Shown here one piece after another: positions 7,188-14,435 of a stretch of DNA of 16,769 nt. The position numbers and the translations under genes are program-made. The notes beneath the pieces were generated by a model, which was not told the DNA's origin, did not search any database, and saw only the letters and a program-made list of their open reading frames with translations. The DNA is taken from the NCBI GenBank assembly GCA_039091855.1, contig JAWCLA010000011.1, forward strand, positions 1 to 16,769. Direction: 5' to 3'. Positions within the stretch are counted from its first letter, which is position 1; each line of letters opens with the position of its first letter. Origin of the DNA: Candidatus Aenigmatarchaeota archaeon (GTDB lineage Archaea; Aenigmatarchaeota; Aenigmatarchaeia; QMZP01).

Positions 7188-7790
7188 CTACCTCGCTCCC
7201 TCCGCCTCCTTCTCTATCCTGCTCCTTTCCTGTATGGCAAAGGACTTCGGGTCGTTGTTGTAGGCGGCAATAATCTCGCCTGCTATGACTTCCGGAAGAG
7301 GTGTCTTGCTCTTGAACTTCGACTTGTATATTCCCTGCGTGAGATGTCGCAAAGCTATGTCAAGCCGCCTTTGCGGAGAAACGACAACGGCCTGCCTTGC
7401 TATTATCCCACCGAGGCGATAAGATGCTACTTCTTCAAGAAGGGCTGAGTTCTCTATCGCCTTTACCAGAACCTGAACAGGGTTTTTCCCTGTCCTTTTC
7501 TCTATTATCTCAAAGGCCTTTTTCAAGTCGTTGTAAAGGCTCACTGTGTTCCCAACGCATTTCCCGGAAGTTATCTTGTGTTTCTTTCCCCTGTGTCCGG
7601 GAACCATCATCTTGTTCATGAACCTTTCCACAATGTTCATCTTGTTTTTGTGAAAGGCAGTGGTGGCATGCCTGCCCTGTGACCTCGGGACAATTACAGG
7701 CGCAAGGTTTATGTAATTCACCAAACCCGGGTCCTCAACCTTTACGTCAGACAAGTCCCACCTGTTGAAAAGAAGTATTTTTTTGTCCAT
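7188..7790 (-). CDS. rps7: 30S ribosomal protein S7 (uS7), divergent
   Basis: LFNRWD, DPGLVNYI, IVERFMNKMM, NPVQVLVKAIEN and SPQRRLDIALR. Start reassigned to MDKKI (7790), 4 nt after the uS12 stop, with GGAG upstream. Confidence 0.96.
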   Translation of the reverse strand: MDKKILLFNRWDLSDVKVEDPGLVNYINLAPVIVPRSQGRHATTAFHKNKMNIVERFMNKMMVPGHRGKKHKITSGKCVGNTVSLYNDLKKAFEIIEKRTGKNPVQVLVKAIENSALLEEVASYRLGGIIARQAVVVSPQRRLDIALRHLTQGIYKSKFKSKTPLPEVIAGEIIAAYNNDPKSFAIQERSRIEKEAEGAR

Positions 7791-7794
7791 ATTC

Positions 7795-8220
7795 TTATGC
7801 TCCCTTTGGCTTCTCCTTCTTCCCTGAAAGCAGCTCGGAAAGGGCAACCCCGTTTACTGCTATAACCTTGTACTTTATGCCGTGCATTGAGCCTACAGCC
7901 CCTCCCTGAGAGCCGCCTACACCTTCTATTGTAACCTCGTCGTGCTCGTCTATTAGCTTGATAGCTCCGGATTTTGGAACAAAAGCCGTAACCTGTATGC
8001 CGTTCTTTATTATCTGGCACCTTACAGCCTTTATTATTCCCGAGTGCGGCTGCTTCTGTTCTACGCCCTTTTTCTTAAGGACTATCGCCCTTGCGGTCGG
8101 GGCGCCCTCAAGCGGGTCCTTTTTCCAGAGCTTGAGGATCTTTCTCTTGTAAACAGTAGACTTCCACCTGGCTTTTTTCCTCTTTCTCTTCAAGTTCCTT
8201 GCGGCAAATTCTCCCGGCAT
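7795..8220 (-). CDS. rps12: 30S ribosomal protein S12 (uS12), divergent
   Basis: GEFAAR, DPLEGAP, KNGxQVTAFVP, IDEHDEV and GKKEKP. Start reassigned to MPGEF (8220). Confidence 0.97.
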   Translation of the reverse strand: MPGEFAARNLKRKRKKARWKSTVYKRKILKLWKKDPLEGAPTARAIVLKKKGVEQKQPHSGIIKAVRCQIIKNGIQVTAFVPKSGAIKLIDEHDEVTIEGVGGSQGGAVGSMHGIKYKVIAVNGVALSELLSGKKEKPKGA

Positions 8221-8354
8221 AGCTTTCGCCTTGTGGCAATTTACTTTGCTGTTGGTTATTTTGCGACTCAACAGGTAAATCGGCGAAGCCGACTTCCAGT
8301 TAAACGAATCGCAGAATCGTTTATTGATTGGTTGCCTGTTATTTACAGAGCTGC
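8221..8354 (-). promoter_or_regulatory. Candidate structured 5' leader RNA of the rps12-rps7 operon
   Basis: Several complementary stems (detailed in findings). A TTTTTAAA box at 8376-8383 predicts a transcription start near 8352. Confidence 0.55.
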
Positions 8355-8415
8355 TAATATAAATAGCAAACAGCATTTAAAAAGCTATTTTAACATCATT
8401 CACGCATAAATAAAT

Positions 8416-8712
8416 ATGCTTGAGTATTGGTTCTGGGTAACAGCTCCACTGGCAGTTTTCACTGCAATCGGTCTATTAATTTACAAGATGGGAAGATACC
8501 CCAGCAAAAAGGAGCCCGGAAAGGAGGAGGCTTATACGTGTGGCGAACCTATCCCAGACATAAATGTGAGGGCCGACAACTTTTACCAGTCGATAAAGAG
8601 GTCATTTAGGTTAAGAAAGATCCAACATATTCACACAGGAGACATCAACGACTATGTGCTATGGCTGGTTTTGGGGCTTGTTGTTTTAATTGTTTTGGTT
8701 GCGGTAATATGA
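8416..8712 (+). CDS. mbhI: Membrane-bound hydrogenase subunit, MbhI-like
   Basis: N-terminal TM helix, loop motif YTCGE, amphipathic helix, HTGDINDYV and a final TM helix, the architecture of Mbh subunit I. ATGA overlap with the small-subunit gene. Confidence 0.75.
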   Translation: MLEYWFWVTAPLAVFTAIGLLIYKMGRYPSKKEPGKEEAYTCGEPIPDINVRADNFYQSIKRSFRLRKIQHIHTGDINDYVLWLVLGLVVLIVLVAVI

Positions 8713-9164
8713 AAAGCAAAAATCCAAGTGTTAAACAGAGGCTAATAAATTACTGCAGGAAAAGGTCAGTTTGGATTCTACCATTCAATTCCGGCGGTTG
8801 CAACGGCTGCGCAATAGAGCTTTTGAGCTGCATATCTCCGAGAAGCGATGTTGAGAGGTTCGGGATTGTTGCCAAGGGTTCACCGAGGCACGCCGATGTC
8901 CTTGTTGTTGACGGGCCTGTGACAACAAAGATGAAGGAGAGGCTTTTGAGGGTTTATCACCAGATGCCTGAACCGAAGATGGTTGTGGCTCTCGGTTCTT
9001 GCACAGCATCAAATGGTGTTTTCGATGGATGCTACAATGTTTGCGGACCACTTGACAGGATAATACCCGTTGACGTTTGGGTTCCTGGCTGTCCACCAAG
9101 ACCGGAGGCAATAATACAGGGAATTCTCAAGGCAATGGAAAAGATTGAAAGGATGGAAAGATGA
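8709..9164 (+). CDS. mbhJ: Group 4 [NiFe]-hydrogenase small Fe-S subunit (MbhJ/EchC/HycG; NuoB family)
   Basis: GGCNGCAIE (CxxC as in hydrogenases, not the CC of NuoB), DVERFG, SPRHADVL, GSC and PGCPPRPE. Start reassigned to ATG 8709, coupled to the upstream stop. Confidence 0.9.
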   Translation: MKSKNPSVKQRLINYCRKRSVWILPFNSGGCNGCAIELLSCISPRSDVERFGIVAKGSPRHADVLVVDGPVTTKMKERLLRVYHQMPEPKMVVALGSCTASNGVFDGCYNVCGPLDRIIPVDVWVPGCPPRPEAIIQGILKAMEKIERMER

Positions 9165-9273
9165 GAGCATTTGTTTGTTGGCGATCAGCCCGATTGGTTT
9201 GTCAGGTAAAGGGTTTAAGTGGATTTTTGGCTCACGACAAACTTTTAAGGATTCACACATATTAATAATAAAT

Positions 9274-9933
9274 ATGATTAAGAGGATAACCCCCGCCATA
9301 ACACTAATTCAGCTTTCTGACATTGATTCAAACATATATGTTTTGGGAGACACCGTAATTGATTCAGGGACCGGTTTCAATTTTACCCGTCTTCACAGCC
9401 TGCTCAAAATACTGAAGCTGAACTTTTCAAGCATAAGGCAGGTGATAAACACGCACGGGCATTTCGACCACATAGGTGGAAACGGCTATTTTCTTAATGC
9501 AAAAGTTGCAATTCACGAGAGGGACGCACCCATATTGGAGAACGGTGACGTTCAAAACAGCTATGCTGATTTCTTTGACGGAAAGCTGAAGCCGAGGCCG
9601 GTTGACCATAAGCTGAAGGAAGGGCAGGTATTGCAGGTCAATGGAATGCAATTAAGGGTTTTGCACACACCTGGCCACACGCCAGGCTCAATCTGCCTTT
9701 ACAACGAGAAGGAAGGCATATTGTTCTCAGGGGACACTGTTTTTTCTGATGGAATTGGAAGGACTGACATGCCAGGAGGGGACATTGAAGAGCTTGATTC
9801 CTCCCTCCAAAAGCTTTCCAAGCTGAAAATAAACAAGATACTTCCTGGTCACGGTGATATAGTCCCTGAAAAGGGCGACAAGCTTCTTAAAGAACTTCTT
9901 ACGGCTGTTGAATCTCCCGAAGAGGAGGAGTAG
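9274..9933 (+). CDS. Metallo-beta-lactamase-fold hydrolase (glyoxalase II-like)
   Basis: THGHFDHIGG, HTPGHTPGS, FSGDT and LPGHG motifs. Start reassigned to ATG 9274, about 25 nt after TTTTAA. Confidence 0.93.
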   Translation: MIKRITPAITLIQLSDIDSNIYVLGDTVIDSGTGFNFTRLHSLLKILKLNFSSIRQVINTHGHFDHIGGNGYFLNAKVAIHERDAPILENGDVQNSYADFFDGKLKPRPVDHKLKEGQVLQVNGMQLRVLHTPGHTPGSICLYNEKEGILFSGDTVFSDGIGRTDMPGGDIEELDSSLQKLSKLKINKILPGHGDIVPEKGDKLLKELLTAVESPEEEE

Positions 9934-9980
9934 TCGTTTTTTGTGGTAAAGGATTTAATAAACAACAACATAGCTTAATT

Positions 9981-10652
9981 ATGTGTTCAGACTATTCCTT
10001 AATGACAATTAGTGAACTTGAAAAAAGGATAGAGCGAATTCTCAGGAAACAGCCGAGGCAGGACGACCTTTTCAGGGCGGTTGTTTTCATGGGACAGATG
10101 GATCTGGCAAAATTCATCTATCACGACAAGAGGCATTGCCCTGGAAACAGGTTCGTGAAGGGGCTTTCAAAATCCTCTGAGACAGCAGCGTTCGGGCAGG
10201 CGCTTGTACAGCTTCTCCTTCTTGCCAAGTCGAGGGGGATGAGCTTTCCTGATGTTTTCAGGTACGCTATTGAGCACATGGAAGATGATGAATGGAAGGC
10301 ACGCGTTCCTGAAAAATTAACAGAAATAAGGGGAATTCCTGCGTTTCGTGGAAAGGTCAAGGGAACTGCTTATGTCGCGTCAGCAAAAAGCCCTGCATCA
10401 AAGGCGCCAAAGGGCAGCATCTTGGTTACAGAGCACGCTGATTCTCAGGTTTCCCACCTTATAAAAAACTTCTCCGCGGTTGTTTCTGACCAGGGAGGGA
10501 GGCTCTGCCACCTTGCTGTTGTGGCAAGGGAGATGGGAATTCCTGCTGTGGTAGGGACAGGGAATGCGACAAGCCTGATAAAAACAGGCGACATTATTGA
10601 GGTTGACGCAAACACAGGAAGGGTTATGGTTGAAAGGGCATCCAAACAATAG
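9981..10652 (+). CDS. Fusion of a degenerate MazG-like all-alpha domain and a PEP-utilising phosphohistidine swivelling domain
   Basis: C-terminal half GGRLCHLAVVAREMGIPAVVG...IKTGDIIEVDANTGRV is a clear PEP-utilisers mobile domain. The N-terminal helices resemble MazG (lower confidence). Confidence 0.75.
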   Translation: MCSDYSLMTISELEKRIERILRKQPRQDDLFRAVVFMGQMDLAKFIYHDKRHCPGNRFVKGLSKSSETAAFGQALVQLLLLAKSRGMSFPDVFRYAIEHMEDDEWKARVPEKLTEIRGIPAFRGKVKGTAYVASAKSPASKAPKGSILVTEHADSQVSHLIKNFSAVVSDQGGRLCHLAVVAREMGIPAVVGTGNATSLIKTGDIIEVDANTGRVMVERASKQ

Positions 10653-10654
10653 CG

Positions 10655-11116
10655 TCAAAAAAGCAGCTTTCTGATATCCTCGGATAACCTGATGATGTTT
10701 ATCTTTTTGTTTTGCTCCTTCGTTATTATGCCTTTACTTTTAAGGGAATTAATAATCCTGAAAACCTTAACCTTTGGCAAGCCAGTCTGCCTTACTATAT
10801 CCGCCTGCGACATCTCTCCCTTGTTTTCCAGCAGGGCGCTTATAACTGCAGCATCATTCCTTTCCATAAAATTAAGCAGCAGTTTCTTGTCAATAGGCGG
10901 CTTCTCAAACTTGGGGGAAAGCAGGTAGTAAGCCAAAACCCCTATCATAAGACCCATCGAGCCTATGAGCGGGACAAAGAGGTAAATTGGAATAGCGCAA
11001 CCGCAGGCGTTTCCTGACGAAACCTGAATCTGAACGTAAAGTGAGCTTATGGCAACTACAAAAATGAACGCGGTGAGAATGAGCATTCCTGTCAGGAACT
11101 TCTTATGCGGGCTCAT
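10655..11116 (-). CDS. Membrane-anchored winged-helix (MarR-like) regulator
   Basis: Two hydrophobic helices separated by a loop containing CGC, followed by GEMSQADIVRQTGLPKVKVFRIINSLKSKGII (HTH) and a wing. Confidence 0.85.
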   Translation of the reverse strand: MSPHKKFLTGMLILTAFIFVVAISSLYVQIQVSSGNACGCAIPIYLFVPLIGSMGLMIGVLAYYLLSPKFEKPPIDKKLLLNFMERNDAAVISALLENKGEMSQADIVRQTGLPKVKVFRIINSLKSKGIITKEQNKKINIIRLSEDIRKLLF

Positions 11117-11244
11117 ATAAAAGCTTTGGAAAGGTAATTTATATTTTTGTTAGAAATTGAATACTAAATATTTAGGCGAGCACTGTTAATAGCTGATAAA
11201 GTGATTAAATTTCGGATTTATACTTCTCACTATAAAAATATAAT

Positions 11245-12069
11245 ATGAGAAAACTACTTGAATTTCTTTGCTATTCAAACCTTTACCTTGCGTTTGGTGC
11301 AGCAATAACCACGCTTTGCACGCTTTTTATGGCAGGATATCCTTTATTGTGGGATTTAGTTTTCATACCTTTTTCAGCTTCATTTTTGATATACAACCTC
11401 AACAGGTTTACAGACATTCATGAAGACAGCATAAATCTGCCGAACAGGACATCCTTTGTCAGGAAATTCGGCAGAAAAATCCTGTACGTTGCTCTAGTGC
11501 TTTATGTTTTTGCACTTTTCTTGGCATATCAGAGAGGTTTGTTGGCATTCATTTTCACTTTAATACCGCCTGTTGGCGGATTTTTCTATTCGTATTTCAG
11601 GCTGAAGACACTCTTTGTCATAAAGAACATAATGGTTGCTGCGCTTTGGGGATTTAACGTGCTTATAGTATGCGCTTTTTTCGGGGATTTCGGCTTTTTT
11701 ATGGTTCTATCTTATCTATTCTTCTTTTTGGCATTTCTCATCAATGTTGTGATATTTGACATAAAGGACATCAAGGGGGACAGCATAAATAAGATTGACA
11801 CGCTTCCTGTAAAAATCGGAATTAAATCAACAAAATCTTTTTGCCTTTCGATACTTGCTGCACTTTTGGCTATTTTGACAGTAATGCTGACCATCAACAT
11901 AAGAAGCATTGTATTGTTGCCATTCCTTTTTTTCATTGGTTTTTTCATCAAGTATGCCCAAGGTTCAGAAAACTCCCCATGGTGGTATTATGGGATTTTT
12001 GTTGACGGAGAGTTCTTTGTTATTCTTGCGTCAATATTTTTGTGGTTTGTTTTAGGGGTCGGTTTTTAG
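11245..12069 (+). CDS. UbiA-family intramembrane prenyltransferase
   Basis: Aspartate-rich motifs NRFTDIHED..N.P.R and FDIKDIKGD...TLPV, the YS motif and about 8-9 TM helices. Confidence 0.92.
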   Translation: MRKLLEFLCYSNLYLAFGAAITTLCTLFMAGYPLLWDLVFIPFSASFLIYNLNRFTDIHEDSINLPNRTSFVRKFGRKILYVALVLYVFALFLAYQRGLLAFIFTLIPPVGGFFYSYFRLKTLFVIKNIMVAALWGFNVLIVCAFFGDFGFFMVLSYLFFFLAFLINVVIFDIKDIKGDSINKIDTLPVKIGIKSTKSFCLSILAALLAILTVMLTINIRSIVLLPFLFFIGFFIKYAQGSENSPWWYYGIFVDGEFFVILASIFLWFVLGVGF

Positions 12070-12177
12070 CATTTTTATCTTTTTAAAAAAAATCAGGTGT
12101 TTGTAGTGCTGTATAAATTGGAAAAAAGGATTTTAAGTAAATTCACCTTATTTATGTATTTTTCCTAAAAATACAAT

Positions 12178-13302
12178 ATGGATATTGCAATAGTTGGCGG
12201 TGGGCCGGCAGGGGCGTACCTAGGTTATTGCCTGGCAAAGGAAGGGATAAAAGCAACAATCTTTGATGATTCCCACCCAAGAGAAAAGCCCTGTGGAGGA
12301 GGGATATCAGAGTTGGCACTAAGAAAATTTCCTTTTATCAAAAAAATTGATGGTGTTAAAGGTATAGGAAGAAAAATAAGAATTATTTCTCCTGTTGGAA
12401 CAGAGGCAGTAATTGGAAAGGGTTTTATAATGGGGATATCAAGGCTTTTGTTGGATAAATATATTCTTGAAATGGCAAAAAACGAAGGTGCGCAATTAAT
12501 AGAAGAAAGGGTATTAGATATAAAAGAAAAAAATAATTCTTGGATAATAAAAACGAATAAAGGAAATAAATATGCTAAACTTATAGTTGGTGCAGATGGA
12601 ACAAACAGTATTGTTAGGAAAAATATTTTAGGACCTCACAGCAAGGAAAATCTTACAATGACATATGGTTATATAGTAAAAGGTATTGAAAATGAACTTA
12701 CATTAATGAAGTTCCTCTGGGGCAAAAACGGATATATATGGGTTTTCCCAAGAGGAAATCATACAAGCATAGGTATCGGTACTGAACTTACAAAAAGTTT
12801 TGGAATTAAAAAACATCTCGATTTTTTTATTAAAAATTATTATCCAAGAGTTAAGAAGCTGCACCATTTTGCTGCTATGATTCCTACTATTACAAACCCT
12901 GAATTTTTTAGGTTACCTACAGCTGGAAAGAATTGGTTAGTTATTGGCGACGCCGCTGGGCATGTTGATCCTATAAGTGCAGAAGGTATAACTTATGCAT
13001 TATGGTCTGCAAAATTGGCAGCAAAAGCAATTATTTATTGTGAACCAGAAAAATTTGATGAACTTTGGAGAAAGGAATATGGAAATGAATTTATTGAGGC
13101 AATAAAACTAAAAAATATTCTTTACAATCCTTATGTTCTTGAAATTTCAATAAGGTTTGCAAAAAAAAGTAAAACTTATTCTCAATTTTTATATGACATT
13201 ATAACAAGCAGGCAAGAATATTCCAAATTGAAAAAAAGATTATTTTATGATTATAAAAAAATTATAATTGAGATAACAAAGGGTTATCTATATGGCAATT
13301 AA
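12178..13302 (+). CDS. Geranylgeranyl-reductase-family FAD-dependent oxidoreductase
   Basis: IVGGGPAG (FAD), PREKPCGGG, GADG, GYIWVFP and GDAAGHVDPISAEGI. Confidence 0.92.
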   Translation: MDIAIVGGGPAGAYLGYCLAKEGIKATIFDDSHPREKPCGGGISELALRKFPFIKKIDGVKGIGRKIRIISPVGTEAVIGKGFIMGISRLLLDKYILEMAKNEGAQLIEERVLDIKEKNNSWIIKTNKGNKYAKLIVGADGTNSIVRKNILGPHSKENLTMTYGYIVKGIENELTLMKFLWGKNGYIWVFPRGNHTSIGIGTELTKSFGIKKHLDFFIKNYYPRVKKLHHFAAMIPTITNPEFFRLPTAGKNWLVIGDAAGHVDPISAEGITYALWSAKLAAKAIIYCEPEKFDELWRKEYGNEFIEAIKLKNILYNPYVLEISIRFAKKSKTYSQFLYDIITSRQEYSKLKKRLFYDYKKIIIEITKGYLYGN

Positions 13303-14431
13303 AGATCTTATGTTTTCATGGTTTATAAAAAACATATTGATACCTAAAAATGAGATAATAGATAGGCCAGGATTTATTATATTAAAACTTAGTGATAAAA
13401 AGGAGATTACTAATATAAGAGAGGTTCTTCTTCCAGAAAAAATATTTGTAGATATAGAGAGAGAAATTATAAATAAATATAAAGAAAATGGGGCGCATCT
13501 TTTATATTCCATAGGTAAAAATTTTGGATACAGATATGCTTCTGTTTCTCATTATCCTTCTATTAAAGAAAAGGGAGAAAAGGATTTTTTAAAATTTACA
13601 TATTTTGTTATAAAATATCTCGAAAGCATCTATTCATCTAAAATAACTTATAAAATTGATATAAAAAGAAAGATTTTCAAAATTTATTTAAAAAACTACA
13701 TAGTCTGCAATAAAAATGGTTTGGGATATTTACTTACTGATGGTTCTATAACAGGTACATGTGCATATGGCGTTCAAGATTTTACTCTTGAAGGAACACA
13801 AATAAAATGTCAAGGCAGAGGCAATGAAAAGTGTGAATTTATATGTGCCCCTCCTGATTATTTTAAAAAAAAAGGAATGCATGTTTTTATAGAAAATAAT
13901 TTGTATGCGCCTGCAGTAGAAATAGATAAATATAACAATATAAATGCAATTAGAAATACTAAATTTGCTTCTAACTCGCTTCAATCACTGATAGATAGTG
14001 GTTTTATCGCATACAAAAATGGTATAATGAATGTTAAATTTGAAAGGTTTTTACTTATAGAAGCCTCAGTAATGTACCTCCTTGAATCCGGGCTTTCCAA
14101 GCTAAAAGACGGCCTAAAGATACTCTGGGACTGCAGCTTCTCTTTCGGGAAGAGGCTTGCGGAGATTTCCGGAAAGCAGGAACCCTGCAAGTTCATAACC
14201 GACCTTTTCCCTGCGCTTGGTTTTGGGGACATCCTGGCTGTGGAGAAGAAGGGAAAGTACGAGGTTTATGTTAATTACTTCCCCTGGATGGAATTCCCGG
14301 AAGTGGATTTTGTGATGTTCAGGGGGCTTTTGTCAGGGGTTATCTCGGGTTTCGTTGGAAGGAAAGTGGAGCTGAAGAAGATAGAGAAGGATATTTCCGC
14401 GGGCTATCTTTCGCTGTTTATATCAGAATAA
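13292..14431 (+). CDS. Tandem V4R-like (XylR-N/V4R) ligand-binding domain protein
   Basis: Domain 1 has LLYSIGKNFG, IVC...GSITG and KCQGRGNEKCEF (the V4R Cys signature). Domain 2 has GIM...ERFLL, LWDCSFSFG, LGFG and FRGLLSGVISG. Overlaps the reductase stop by 11 nt. Confidence 0.75.
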   Translation: MAIKDLMFSWFIKNILIPKNEIIDRPGFIILKLSDKKEITNIREVLLPEKIFVDIEREIINKYKENGAHLLYSIGKNFGYRYASVSHYPSIKEKGEKDFLKFTYFVIKYLESIYSSKITYKIDIKRKIFKIYLKNYIVCNKNGLGYLLTDGSITGTCAYGVQDFTLEGTQIKCQGRGNEKCEFICAPPDYFKKKGMHVFIENNLYAPAVEIDKYNNINAIRNTKFASNSLQSLIDSGFIAYKNGIMNVKFERFLLIEASVMYLLESGLSKLKDGLKILWDCSFSFGKRLAEISGKQEPCKFITDLFPALGFGDILAVEKKGKYEVYVNYFPWMEFPEVDFVMFRGLLSGVISGFVGRKVELKKIEKDISAGYLSLFISE

Positions 14432-14435
14432 AGGA

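Noticed and set aside
9165-9273. Intergenic 7-bp inverted repeat GTTTGTC/GACAAAC and a minus-strand TTAAACCC..CCTGACA resembling the rps6e promoter
   Set aside because: The matches are short and gapped, within chance expectation; no coherent RNA fold or ORF was found.
9274-9933. Beta-lactamase / resistance gene
   Set aside because: Motifs fit the generic glyoxalase-II-like MBL fold; there is no signal peptide or subclass B signature.
12070-14070. AT-rich segment as a prophage, transposon or integrative element
   Set aside because: No integrase, transposase, tRNA target or flanking direct repeats are visible; it is kept only as a compositional anomaly.
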